A DNA stretch of 64,000 nt, from assembly GCF_009914755.1 (NCBI RefSeq), contig NC_060941.1. One strand, written 5' to 3'. A program made the position numbers and the translations under genes. This DNA is from the human T2T-CHM13v2.0 reference genome, Homo sapiens. Positions 22,310 to 35,600 of this stretch are shown here, one piece after another. How positions within the stretch are numbered: the stretch's first letter is position 1; each line of letters starts with the position of its first letter. The notes below the pieces were generated by a model that ran no database searches, was not told the DNA's origin, and was given only the letters and a program-made list of their open reading frames with translations.

Positions 22310-24594
22310 TTTGGACGAATGTGCCCTGTGCGTCAAAAAGTGATGTCTTTTATGTGGACCGGTCTTTGGTGAGCCTCTTTCTGCGTCTCTCCCTGGGTCC
22401 TGCGGCCAGCTGTCCATCGTCTTCGCGGCGGTTCCACTTTGGGTCTGTGCAGGCCTCGATAACGTGAGGGGATGCATCGGGCCCGGAGCAATGGAAGTCT
22501 CATCCCCATCCTGAGCGGCCTCTTTTCTAGGATCGAGAGGACCACACTGCAGCCCAGGACAAAAGCCCCACGGTAGCACATTGTCCGGCAGGAGAGGAGC
22601 AGACCCACGTCCAAGAAGATGGTTTTACCTTTCCACGCCCCTTCTCTGCGAAATGAAGCCACACCACCACACAGTCTTGAAGAGGAAGCCTGGAATGGGA
22701 GACGGCAACAAGCCCCGTCCCTGGAACGCTGGCCTCTCTGGACAAGCCACCCGCTTCGCACCCCTCCTCTTATGCCCGTGGCGGTGGCACGGCGCTGTAT
22801 CCTGCCTGGGCTATGGCCTCTGCTCTGTCGTCCCTCTTGCTCTGTCTCCCCTGTTTCTGAGCGGCCTAGATGCCTCTCGGTCTGGCTGAATATCTTCTAC
22901 GAAGATCACTTCCCCGTCCATCAGGGAGACACTTCCTGGAGATCCGTGTCATGACTGTTTCTCTCTCCAAGCCTGTTTCTGCTGGATTGCGCAGGTCTGA
23001 TGACCCTGGGGCTCTTGGCTTCCATACGTGTCTCAGACAGGGAAGCTTCCTCGGTCTCCGTGTTTCACCTCATGGGTGGGTGGATTGCCTAGGATGAGCG
23101 AGCGCTAGGCCGGCGAGACTGGCCTTGTCTTCTAGGACAAGTGCATTTCCCCTGCGCTTCCTGTCTCACTCTTGAGGGACATCCTCTCCTCCGCTCACAG
23201 GTGGACAGACTCCCTGGATCTTTTGGCTGTAACGAATGTCAGGAAACAAAGGGACTGCGCTGGGACTGGGGCTGGGGCTGCGTGCAGGGGAGGTTGCGTC
23301 AGGGCTAGCTGGGTGGTGGAGGGTTGGGGGTGGGGTGACTGTTGCAGAAACCTCTGTGGTCCTCTGGCAGGCATTTCAACATGTGGCTTGGCTGAGGCAC
23401 AAGCCCCGTCCAGGTTCCCAGGTCTTCTTTGTGTTCCCTTGGCACTCAGGGAAAGGCCACTTGATCCCCTTTCTACCGGGCGCATGCCTGGGCACCACTG
23501 TTGCTTTCGCCCTCGCCCCACATGCCTCCGGTGACATACATTCACGCCATCTGCTCTGGTATACGCCAGTGCCAGGCGTGATCGCATTGTCTCCACCTGG
23601 GATTCGCCCCGTCCCTGTCTGCACGTGTCCTGGAAAGCGGTGTCGGCTTGCAGGAGCCCCAGGGCTTTTAGAAGCGGGCCAGGCCACCGCTCTTTCAAAG
23701 GAGGAGGGAGGCAGAGGGCTCACGGATCAGTGAATTTTCCGCTGACAGCAGGCCTTGAGGGCCATGGGATCATTCTGTGCTGCAGCGAGGCCCTGCCTGC
23801 CTCAGCAGATGTGGTGAGCCCATCCTTTCTCGCCCAGAGTGGTCCAAAATCGCATCTGAAGAGGAGTCCTGAGAACCCAGCAGGCGCCCTGAAGCTCCCC
23901 GTCCATCGGTGGAAGTCGGCTCAAGGAGGTCCTGAAGACGGGACTCCTGGGGGCTCGGCCCTGGGACACCCGTGGCCCCCTCTCCCACGCGGCCCCAAAC
24001 TGGACCCCGCCCGTATTTAAAGGGGACGCAGCCTGCCTGACTGCCAGGAGCCAAGCGCGAGTCGGCCCAGCCAAAGCGCATGCGCGAGGCGCGCGCCGCT
24101 TTTTGCTTCACAGTGCTTCCCACGGTTGTCTTAGGAACCAGTCCCCGAGGCTTGGCAACGCGGGAGCCCTCCGTGGCAGCGCTTGGGTGTCGGGCCTCCG
24201 AGGCTCCGGCCTGACCTCTCCACGGGGTCCACAGGAACGTCTCCGGCTGCCAGGAGTCGCAAGGGGCCGAGCAGGATGAGGAAACCACAGGCGGAGTCCG
24301 GGGGAAGCAGCGTGGCATCCCAGCCTCAGGCATGCCAGGACGGTGTTCGGGTGAGTCTCCCGAGAAGTCGTGCCCCCGTGATCTCGAGGACAGGTCCGCC
24401 TGCGTGCCCGAGGGCTGTTCTCTCAGCCGAGGGTTGTTCCCCTCCAGAGCAGAACCCGGCAGCCGCAGGGGTTGCCTGGGGGCGTGCATTGCTCGGCCAC
24501 CGCGGTAGGACTGTGTGTGGGGCTGTGTCTCCCATTCTCCCTTCTCTCTCTGTCTCTCACCCTCTGTGTGCTTCTTTCCCTCTGTGTGTGTGTG

Positions 24595-24629
<35 letters not shown>

Positions 24630-27600
24630 CTTTGGACGAATGTGCCCTGTGCGTCAAAAAGGGATGTCTTTTATGTGGACCGGTCTTTGGTGAGCCTCTT
24701 TCTGCGTCTCTCCCTGGGTCCTGCGGCCAGCTGTCCATCGTCTTCGCGGCGGTTCCACTTTGGGTCTGTGCAGGCCTCGATAACGTGAGGGGATGCATCG
24801 GGCCCGGAGCAGTGGAAGTCTCATCCCCATCCTGAGCGGCCTCTTTTCTAGGATCGAGAGGACCACACTGCAGCCCAGGACAAAAGCCCCACGGTAGCAC
24901 ATTGTCCGGCAGGAGAGGAGCAGACCCACGTCCAAGAAGATGGTTTTACCTTTCCACGCCCCTTCTCTGCGAAATGAAGCCACACCACCACACAGTCTTG
25001 AAGAGGAAGCCTGGAATGGGAGACGGCAACAAGCCCCGTCCCTGGAACGCTGGCCTCTCTGGACAAGCCACCCGCTTCGCACCCCTCCTCTTATGCCCGT
25101 GGCGGTGGCACGGCGCTGTATCCTGCCTGGGCTATGGCCTCTGCTCTGTCGTCCCTCTTGCTCTGTCTCCCCTGTTTCTGAGCGGCCTAGATGCCTCTCG
25201 GTCTGGCTGAATATCTTCTACGAAGATCACTTCCCCGTCCATCAGGGAGACACTTCCTGGAGATCCGTGTCATGACTGTTTCTCTCTCCAAGCCTGTTTC
25301 TGCTGGATTGCGCAGGTCTGATGACCCTGGGGCTCTTGGCTTCCATACGTGTCTCAGACAGGGAAGCTTCCTCGGTCTCCGTGTTTCACCTCATGGGTGG
25401 GTGGATTGCCTAGGATGAGCGAGCGCTAGGCCGGCGAGACTGGCCTTGTCTTCTAGGACAAGTGCATTTCCCCTGCGCTTCCTGTCTCACTCTTGAGGGA
25501 CATCCTCTCCTCCGCTCACAGGTGGACAGACTCCCTGGATCTTTTGGCTGTAACGAATGTCAGGAAACAAAGGGACTGCGCTGGGACTGGCGCTGGGGCT
25601 GCGTGCAGGGGAGGTTGCGTCAGGGCTAGCTGGGTGGTGGAGGGTTGGGGGTGGGGTGACTGTTGCAGAAACCTCTGTGGTCCTCTGGCAGGCATTTCAA
25701 CATGTGGCTTGGCTGAGGCACAAGCCCCGTCCAGGTTCCCAGGTCTTCTTTGTGTTCCCTTGGCACTCAGGGAAAGGCCACTTGATCCCCTTTCTACCGG
25801 GCGCATGCCTGGGCACCACTGTTGTTTTCGCCCTCGCCCCACATGCCTCCGGTGACATACATTCACGCCATCTGCTCTGGTATACGCCAGTGCCAGGCGT
25901 GATCGCATTGTCTCCACCTGGGATTCGCCCCGTCCCTGTCTGCACGTGTCCTGGAAAGCGGTGTCGGCTTGCAGGAGCCCCAGGGCTTTTAGAAGCGGGC
26001 CAGGCCACCGCTCTTTCAAAGGAGGAGGGAGGCAGAGGGCTCACGGATCAGTGAATTTTCCGCTGACAGCAGGCCTTGAGGGCCATGGGATCATTCTGTG
26101 CTGCAGCGAGGCCCTGCCTGCCTCAGCAGATGTGGTGAGCCCATCCTTTCTCGCCCAGAGTGGTCCAAAATCGCATCTGAAGAGGAGTCCTGAGAACCCA
26201 GCAGGCGCCCTGAAGCTCCCCGTCCATCGGTGGAAGTCGGCTCAAGGAGGTCCTGAAGACGGGACTCCTGGGGGCTCGGCCCTGGGACACCCGTGGCCCC
26301 CTCTCCCACGCGGCCCCAAACTGGACCCCGGATCCAGCCGCAGCCGCGGCTGCAGCAGGCGCGCCCCCTGCCGCCGCGCAGCCGCCCGTATTTAAAGGGG
26401 ACGCAGCCTGCCTGACTGCCAGGAGCCAAGCGCGAGTCGGCCCAGCCAAAGCGCATGCGCGAGGCGCGCGCCGCTTTTTGCTTCACAGTGCTTCCCACGG
26501 TTGTCTTAGGAACCAGTCCCCGAGGCTTGGCAACGCGGGAGCCCTCCGTGGCGGCGCCTGGGTGTCGGGCCTCCGAGGCTCCGGCCTGACCTCTCCACGG
26601 GGTCCACAGGAACGTCTCCGGCTGCCAGGAGTCACAAGGGGCCGAGCAGGATGAGGAAACCACAGGCGGAGTCCGGGGGAAGCAGCGTGGCATCCCAGCC
26701 TCAGGCCTGCCAGGACGGTGTTCGGGTGAGTCTCCCGAGAAGTCGTGCCCCCGTGATCTCGAGGACAGGTCCGCCTGCGTGCCCGAGGGCTGTTCTCTCA
26801 GCCGAGGGTTGTTCCCCTCCAGAGCAGAACCCGGCAGCCGCAGGGGTTGCCTGGGGGCGTGCATTGCTCGGCCACCGCGGTAGGACTGTGTGTGGGGCTG
26901 TGTCTCCCATTCTCCCTTCTCTCTCTGTCTCTCACCCTCTGTGTGCTTCTTTCCCTCTGTGTGTGTGTGTGTGTGTGTGTGTCTTTGGACGAATGTGCCC
27001 TGTGCGTCAAAAAGGGATGTCTTTTATGTGGACCGGTCTTTGGTGAGCCTCTTTCTGCGTCTCTCCCTGGGTCCTGCGGCCAGCTGTCCATCGTCTTCGC
27101 GGCGGTTCCACTTTGGGTCTGTGCAGGCCTCGATAACGTGAGGGGATGCATCGGGCCCGGAGCAGTGGAAGTCTCATCCCCATCCTGAGCGGCCTCTTTT
27201 CTAGGATCGAGAGGACCACACTGCAGCCCAGGACAAAAGCCCCACGGTAGCACATTGTCCGGCAGGAGAGGAGCAGACCCACGTCCAAGAAGATGGTTTT
27301 ACCTTTCCACGCCCCTTCTCTGCGAAATGAAGCCACACCACCACACAGTCTTGAAGAGGAAGCCTGGAATGGGAGACGGCAACAAGCCCCGTCCCTGGAA
27401 CGCTGGCCTCTCTGGACAAGCCACCCGCTTCGCACCCCTCCTCTTATGCCCGTGGCGGTGGCACGGCGCTGTATCCTGCCTGGGCTATGGCCTCTGCTCT
27501 GTCGTCCCTCTTGCTCTGTCTCCCCTGTTTCTGAGCGGCCTAGATGCCTCTCGGTCTGGCTGAATATCTTCTACGAAGATCACTTCCCCGTCCATCAGGG

Positions 27601-28298
27601 AGACACTTCCTGGAGATCCGTGTCATGACTGTTTCTCTCTCCAAGCCTGTTTCTGCTGGATTGCGCAGGTCTGATGACCCTGGGGCTCTTGGCTTCCATA
27701 CGTGTCTCAGACAGGGAAGCTTCCTCGGTCTCCGTGTTTCACCTCATGGGTGGGTGGATTGCCTAGGATGAGCGAGCGCTAGGCCGGCGAGACTGGCCTT
27801 GTCTTCTAGGACAAGTGCATTTCCCCTGCGCTTCCTGTCTCACTCTTGAGGGACATCCTCTCCTCCGCTCACAGGTGGACAGACTCCCTGGATCTTTTGG
27901 CTGTAACGAATGTCAGGAAACAAAGGGACTGCGCTGGGACTGGGGCTGGGGCTGCGTGCAGGGGAGGTTGCGTCAGGGCTAGCTGGGTGGTGGAGGGTTG
28001 GGGGTGGGGTGACTGTTGCAGAAACCTCTGTGGTCCTCTGGCAGGCATTTCAACATGTGGCTTGGCTGAGGCACAAGCCCCGTCCAGGTTCCCAGGTCTT
28101 CTTTGTGTTCCCTTGGCACTCAGGGAAAGGCCACTTGATCCCCTTTCTACCGGGCGCATGCCTGGGCACCACTGTTGCTTTCGCCCTCGCCCCACATGCC
28201 TCCGGTGACATACATTCACGCCATCTGCTCTGGTATACGCCAGTGCCAGGCGTGATCGCATTGTCTCCACCTGGGATTCGCCCCGTCCCTGTCTGCAC
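9513..28298. repeat. Higher-order repeat: 4-unit block (U5-U8) tandemly duplicated (U9-U12), period ~9,392-9,394 bp
   Basis: U6 and U10 share AAAAGTGAT, GTGTATTTCTC and TG18/19. U7 and U11 share the 54-bp deletion, GGCATGCC, (TG)13TT(TG)9 and GTTGTTTTCG. The flanking units are the 2353-bp TG12 type. Confidence 0.9.
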
Positions 28299-29316
28299 GT
28301 GTCCTGGAAAGCGGTGTCGGCTTGCAGGAGCCCCAGGGCTTTTAGAAGCGGGCCAGGCCACCGCTCTTTCAAAGGAGGAGGGAGGCAGAGGGCTCACGGA
28401 TCAGTGAATTTTCCGCTGACAGCAGGCCTTGAGGGCCATGGGATCATTCTGTGCTGCAGCGAGGCCCTGCCTGCCTCAGCAGATGTGGTGAGCCCATCCT
28501 TTCTCGCCCAGAGTGGTCCAAAATCGCATCTGAAGAGGAGTCCTGAGAACCCAGCAGGCGCCCTGAAGCTCCCCGTCCATCGGTGGAAGTCGGCTCAAGG
28601 AGGTCCTGAAGACGGGACTCCTGGGGGCTCGGCCCTGGGACACCCGTGGCCCCCTCTCCCACGCGGCCCCAAACTGGACCCCGGATCCAGCCGCAGCCGC
28701 GGCTGCAGCAGGCGCGCCCCCTGCCGCCGCGCAGCCGCCCGTATTTAAAGGGGACGCAGCCTGCCTGACTGCCAGGAGCCAAGCGCGAGTCGGCCCAGCC
28801 AAAGCGCATGCGCGAGGCGTGCGCCGCTTTTTGCTTCACAGTGCTTCCCACGGTTGTCTTAGGAACCAGTCCCCGAGGCTTGGCAACGCGGGAGCCCTCC
28901 GTGGCAGCGCTTGGGTGTCGGGCCTCCGAGGCTCCGGCCTGACCTCTCCACGGGGTCCACAGGAACGTCTCCGGCTGCCAGGAGTCGCAAGGGGCCGAGC
29001 AGGATGAGGAAACCACAGGCGGAGTCCGGGGGAAGCAGCGTGGCATCCCAGCCTCAGGCCTGCCAGGACGGTGTTCGGGTGAGTCTCCCGAGAAGTCGTG
29101 CCCCCGTGATCTCGAGGACAGGTCCGCCTGCGTGCCCGAGGGCTGTTCTCTCAGCCGAGGGTTGTTCCCCTCCAGAGCAGAACCCGGCAGCCGCAGGGGT
29201 TGCCTGGGGGCGTGTATTGCTCGGCCACCGCGGTAGGACTGTGTGTGGGGCTGTGTCTCCCATTCTCCCTTCTCTCTCTGTCTCTCACCCTCTGTGTGCT
29301 TCTTTCCCTCTGTGTG

Positions 29317-29351
<35 letters not shown>

Positions 29352-31675
29352 CTTTTGACGAATGTGCCCTGTGCGTCAAAAAGGGATGTCTTTTATGTCG
29401 ACCGGTCTTTGGTGAGCCTCTTTCTGCGTCTCTCCCTGGGTCCTGCGGCCAGCTGTCCATCGTCTTCGCGGCGGTTCCACTTTGGGTCTGTGCAGGCCTC
29501 GATAACGTGAGGGGATGCATCGGGCCCGGAGCAATGGAAGTCTCATCCCCATCCTGAGCGGCCTCTTTTCTAGGATCGAGAGGACCACACTGCAGCCCAG
29601 GACAAAAGCCCCACGGTAGCACATTGTCCGGCAGGAGAGGAGCAGACCCACGTCCAAGAAGATGGTTTTACCTTTCCACGCCCCTTCTCTGCGAAATGAA
29701 GCCACACCACCACACAGTCTTGAAGAGGAAGCCTGGAATGGGAGACGGCAACAAGCCCCGTCCCTGGAACGCTGGCCTCTCTGGACAAGCCACCCGCTTC
29801 GCACCCCTCCTCTTATGCCCGTGGCGGTGGCACGGCGCTGTATCCTGCCTGGGCTATGGCCTCTGCTCTGTCGTCCCTCTTGCTCTGTCTCCCCTGTTTC
29901 TGAGCGGCCTAGATGCCTCTCGGTCTGGCTGAATATCTTCTACGAAGATCACTTCCCCGTCCATCAGGGAGACACTTCCTGGAGATCCGTGTCATGACTG
30001 TTTCTCTCTCCAAGCCTGTTTCTGCTGGATTGCGCAGGTCTGATGACCCTGGGGCTCTTGGCTTCCATACGTGTCTCAGACAGGGAAGCTTCCTCGGTCT
30101 CCGTGTTTCACCTCATGGGTGGGTGGATTGCCTAGGATGAGCGAGCGCTAGGCCGGCGAGACTGGCCTTGTCTTCTAGGACAAGTGCATTTCCCCTGCGC
30201 TTCCTGTCTCACTCTTGAGGGACATCCTCTCCTCCGCTCACAGGTGGACAGACTCCCTGGATCTTTTGGCTGTAACGAATGTCAGGAAACAAAGGGACTG
30301 CGCTGGGACTGGCGCTGGGGCTGCGTGCAGGGGAGGTTGCGTCAGGGCTAGCTGGGTGGTGGAGGGTTGGGGGTGGGGTGACTGTTGCAGAAACCTCTGT
30401 GGTCCTCTGGCAGGCATTTCAACATGTGGCTTGGCTGAGGCACAAGCCCCGTCCAGGTTCCCAGGTCTTCTTTGTGTTCCCTTGGCACTCAGGGAAAGGC
30501 CACTTGATCCCCTTTCTACCGGGCGCATGCCTGGGCACCACTGTTGCTTTCGCCCTCGCCCCACATGCCTCCGGTGACATACATTCACGCCATCTGCTCT
30601 GGTATACGCCAGTGCCAGGCGTGATCGCATTGTCTCCACCTGGGATTCGCCCCGTCCCTGTCTGCACGTGTCCTGGAAAGCGGTGTCGGCTTGCAGGAGC
30701 CCCAGGGCTTTTAGAAGCGGGCCAGGCCACCGCTCTTTCAAAGGAGGAGGGAGGCAGAGGGCTCACGGATCAGTGAATTTTCCGCTGACACCAGCCTTGA
30801 GGGCCATGGGATCATTCTGTGCTGCAGCGAGGCCCTGCCTGCCTCAGCAGATGTGGTGAGCCCATCCTTTCTCGCCCAGAGTGGTCCAAAATCGCATCTG
30901 AAGAGGAGTCCTGAGAACCCAGCAGGCGCCCTGAAGCTCCCCGTCCATCGGTGGAAGTCGGCTCAAGGAGGTCCTGAAGACGGGACTCCTGGGGGCTCGG
31001 CCCTGGGACACCCGTGGCCCCCTCTCCCACGCGGCCCCAAACTGGACCCCGGATCCAGCCGCAGCCGCGGCTGCAGCAGGCGCGCCCCCTGCCGCCGCGC
31101 AGCCGCCCGTATTTAAAGGGGACGCAGCCTGCCTGACTGCCAGGAGCCAAGCGCGAGTCGGCCCAGCCAAAGCGCATGCGCGAGGCGCGCGCCGCTTTTT
31201 GCTTCACAGTGCTTCCCACGGTTGTCTTAGGAACCAGTCCCCGAGGCTTGGCAACGCGGGAGCCCTCCGTGGCAGCGCTTGGGTGTCGGGCCTCCGAGGC
31301 TCCGGCCTGACCTCTCCACGGGGTCCACAGGAACGTCTCCGGCTGCCAGGAGTCGCAAGGGGCCGAGCAGGATGAGGAAACCACAGGCGGAGTCCAGGGG
31401 AAGCAGCGTGGCATCCCAGCCTCAGGCCTGCCAGGACGGTGTTCGGGTGAGTCTCCCGAGAAGTCGTGCCCCCGTGATCTCGAGGACAGGTCCGCCTGCG
31501 TGCCCGAGGGCTGTTCTCTCAGCCGAGGGTTGTTCCCCTCCAGAGCAGAACCCGGCAGCCGCAGGGGTTGCCTGGGGGCGTGTATTTCTCGGCCACCGCG
31601 GTAGGACTGTGTGTGGGGCTGTGTCTCCCATTCTCCCTTCTCTCTCTGTCTCTCACCCTCTGTGTGCTTCTTTCC

Positions 31676-31722
<47 letters not shown>

Positions 31723-32659
31723 TTTGGACGAATGTGCCCTGTGCGTCAAAAAGGGATGTCTTTTATGTGGACCGGTCTTTGGTGAGCCTCTTTCTGCGTC
31801 TCTCCCTGGGTCCTGCGGCCAGCTGTCCATCGTCTTCGCGGCGGTTGCACTTTGGGTCTGTGCAGGCCTCGATAACGTGAGGGGATGCATCGGGCCCGGA
31901 GCAATGGAAGTCTCATCCCCATCCTGAGCGGCCTCTTTTCTAGGATCGAGAGGACCACACTCCAGCCCAGGACAAAAGCCCCACGGTAGCACATTGTCCG
32001 GCAGGAGAGGAGCAGACCCACGTCCAAGAAGATGGTTTTACCTTTCCACGCCCCTTCTCTGCGAAATGAAGCCACACCACCACACAGTCTTGAAGAGGAA
32101 GCCTGGAATGGGAGACGGCAACAAGCCCCATCCCTGGAACGCTGGCCACTCTGGACAAGCCACCCGCTTCGCACCCCTCCTCTTATGCCCGTGGCGGTGG
32201 CACGGCGCTGTATCCTGCCTGGGCTATGGCCTCTGCTCTGTCGTCCCTCTTGCTCTGTCTCCCCTGTTTCTGAGCGGCCTAGATGCCTCTCGGTCTGGCT
32301 GAATATCTTCTACGAAGATCACTTCGCCGTCCATCAGGGAGACACTTCCTGGAGATCCGTGTCATGACTGTTTCTCTCTCCAAGCCTGTTTCTGCTGGAT
32401 TGCGCAGGTCTGATGACCCTGGGGCTCTTGGCTTCCATACGTGTCTCAGACAGGGAAGCTTCCTCGGTCTCCGTGTTTCACCTCATGGGTGGGTGGATTG
32501 CCTAGGATGAGCGAGCGCTAGGCCGGCGAGACTGGCCTTGTCTTCTAGGACAAGTGCATTTCCCCTGCGCTTCCTGTCTCACTCTTGAGGGACATCCTCT
32601 CCTCCGCTCACAGGTGGACAGACTCCCTGGATCTTTTGGCTGTAACGAATGTCAGGAAA

Positions 32660-35600
32660 CAGAGGGACTGCGCTGGGACTGGGGCTGGGGCTGCGTGCAG
32701 TGGAGGTTGTGTCAGGGCTAGCTGGGTGGTGGATGGTTGGGGGTGGGGTGACTGTTGCAGAAACCCCTGTTGTCCTCTGGCAGGCATTTCAAAATGTGGC
32801 TTGGACTGAGGCACAGGCCCCGTCCATGTTCCCAGGTCTTCTTTGAGTTCCCTTGGCACTCAGGGAAAGGCCAGTTGATCCCCCTTTCCACCGGGCACAT
32901 TCCTGGACAGCAATGTTGGTTTCTCCCTTGCCCCATATGCCTCCGGTGACATACATTCACGCCATCTGCTCTGGTATATGCCAGTGCCAGGCGTGACCGC
33001 ATTGTCACCACCTGGCATTCGCCCCGTCCCTGTCTGCACGTGTCCTGGAAAGCGGTATCGGCTTGCAGGAGCCCCAGGGCTTTCAGAAGCGGGCCAGTTC
33101 ACTGCTGTTTCAAAGGAGGAGGGAGGCAGAGGGCTCACGATTCAGTGAATTTTCCACTGACAGCAGGCCTTGAGGGCCATGGGATCATTCTCTGCTGCAG
33201 CCAGGCCCTGCCTGCCTCAGCAAATGTGGTGAGCCCCTCCTTTCTCACCCGGAGTGGTCCAAAATGGCATCTGAAGAGGAGTCCTGAGAACCCAGCAGGC
33301 GCCCTGAAGCTCCCCGTCCATCGGCGGAAGTTGGCTCAAGGAGGTCCTGAATACGGGATTCCTGGGGGCTTTGCCCGGGGACACCCGCGGCCCCTTGTCA
33401 CAGGCGCCCCGAAACTGTACCCCGGATCCAGCCGCAGCCGCGGCTGCGCAGGCGCGCCCCCTGCCGCCCCGCACCTGCGGTTATTTAAAGCTGACACAGC
33501 TTGCCTGAGGGCCAGGAGCCCATGCGAGTCGACCCAGCCAATGCGCATGCTCGAGTGGCTCGCCGCTTTTCGCGTCATAGTGGTTCTCACGGTTGTCTTA
33601 GGAACCAGTCCCTTGGCAACGCGGGACCCCTCCGTGGCAGCGCTTGGGTGTCGGGCCTCCGAGGCTTCGGCCTGACCTCTCCACGGGGTCCACAGGAACG
33701 TCTCTGGCTGCCAGGAGTCGCAAGGGGCTGAGCAGGATGAGGAAACCACAGGCGGAGTCCGGTGGAAGCAGCGTGGCATCCCAGCCTCAGGCCTGCCAGG
33801 ACGGTGTTCGGGTGAGTCTCCCGAGAAGTCGTGCCCCCGTGATCTCGAGGACAGGTCCGCCTGCGTGCCCGAGGGCTGTTCTGTCATCGGAGGGTCGTTC
33901 CCGTCAGGAGCAGAACCCGGCAGCCGCAGGGGTTGCCTGGGGGCATGTATTTCTCGGCCACCGCGGTAGGACTGTGTGTGGGGGTGTGTCTCCCATTCTC
34001 CCTTCTCTCTCTGTCTCTCACCCTCTGTGTGCTTCTTTTCCTCTGTGTGTGTGTGTGTGTGTGTGCCAGTGTGCGTGTGTGTCTTTGAACGAATGTGCCT
34101 TGTGCGTCAGAAAGGGATTTCTTGCTTGTCTGCCGGTCTTTGGTGGGTTTCTTTCTGCGTCTCTCCCTGGGTCCTGTCCAGCTGTCCATCGTTTTCACGG
34201 CGGTTCCACTTTGGGTTTGCGAAATCCTCGATCACGTGAGGGGATGCGTCGGCCGGGAGCAATGGAAGTCTCATCCCCATCATGAGCGTCCTCTTTTCTA
34301 GGATCAAGAGGACCACACTCCAGCCCAGGACAAATGCCCCACGGTAGCACATTGTCCGGCAGGAGAGGAGCAGACCCACGTCCAAGAAGATGGTTGTACC
34401 TTTCCACGCCTCTTCTCTGCGAAATGAAGCCACAGAACGACACAATCTTGAAGAGGAAGCCGTGAATGGGAGACTGCAACAATCTGTGTCCCTGGAATGC
34501 TGGCCTCTCTGGACAAGCCACGCACTTCGCACCCCTCCTGTTATGCCCGTGGCGGTGGCACGGCGCTGTATCCTACCTGGGCTCTGGCCTCCTCTCTGTC
34601 CTCCCTCTTGCTCTGTCTCCCCTGTTTCTGAGCGGCCTAGGTGCCTCTTGGCCTGGCTGAATATCTTCTACAAAGATCACTTCCCAGTCCATCAGGGACT
34701 CTCTTCCTGGAAATCGGTGTCATGACTGTTTCTCTCTCCAAACCTGTTTCTGCTGGGTTGGTTAGGTCTGGTGACCCTGGAGCTCTTGTCTTCCATACGT
34801 GTCTCAGCCAGGGAAGCTTCCTCGGTCTCCATGTTTCACCTCATTTGTGGGTGGATTTTCTAGAATTAGTTGTAGGCGACAGTGACTGGTCTTGTCTTCT
34901 AGGACAGGAGAGGTGCCGCATTTCTTCTGCACTTCCTGTCTCATCCTTTAGGGACATGCTGTCCTCTGCTCCTGGGTGTACTGAGTCCCTGAATCTTTTG
35001 GCCCCCTCCTGCATCCCAGGTGTTCTTTGATTTTCCTTCGCATTGATGGAAAGGTCACTTGTGCCCCGCTTCCGCCGGCCACATGCCTGGACACCATTTT
35101 TTGTTTCGCCATCGCCCCATACGCCCTCGGTGACACACATTTATGCCATCTGCTCTGCGGTACACCATGCCACGTATGGTCTCATTGGCTCCACCTCGGA
35201 ATTTCCCCTGTCCCTGTGTTCACGTGTCCTGGAAAGTGGTATCAGCTTTCAAGTGCACCAGGGCTTTTCTTTTTTCAAAGGAGAAGGGAGGCATCAGTGA
35301 ATTTTCAGCTGACACCTCGCCTTGGGGCCCATGGGATCATTCTGGGATGCAGCGAGGCCCTGCCTTCCTAGCAGATGTGGTGAGCCCATCCTTTCTCACC
35401 CGGAGGGGTCCAAAGTCGGATCTCAAGAGGAGTTCTGGGACCCCAGCAGGCGCCCAGAAGCTCCACCTCCACCCCGGAAGTCGGCTTAAGGAGGTCCTCA
35501 AGACCGGACTCCTGGGGGTTTGGCCTTGGGACGCCTGTGGCCTCCTCTCCCACGCTGCCCCGTACTGGACCCCTGATCCAGCCACCGCCAGGGCTGCAAT

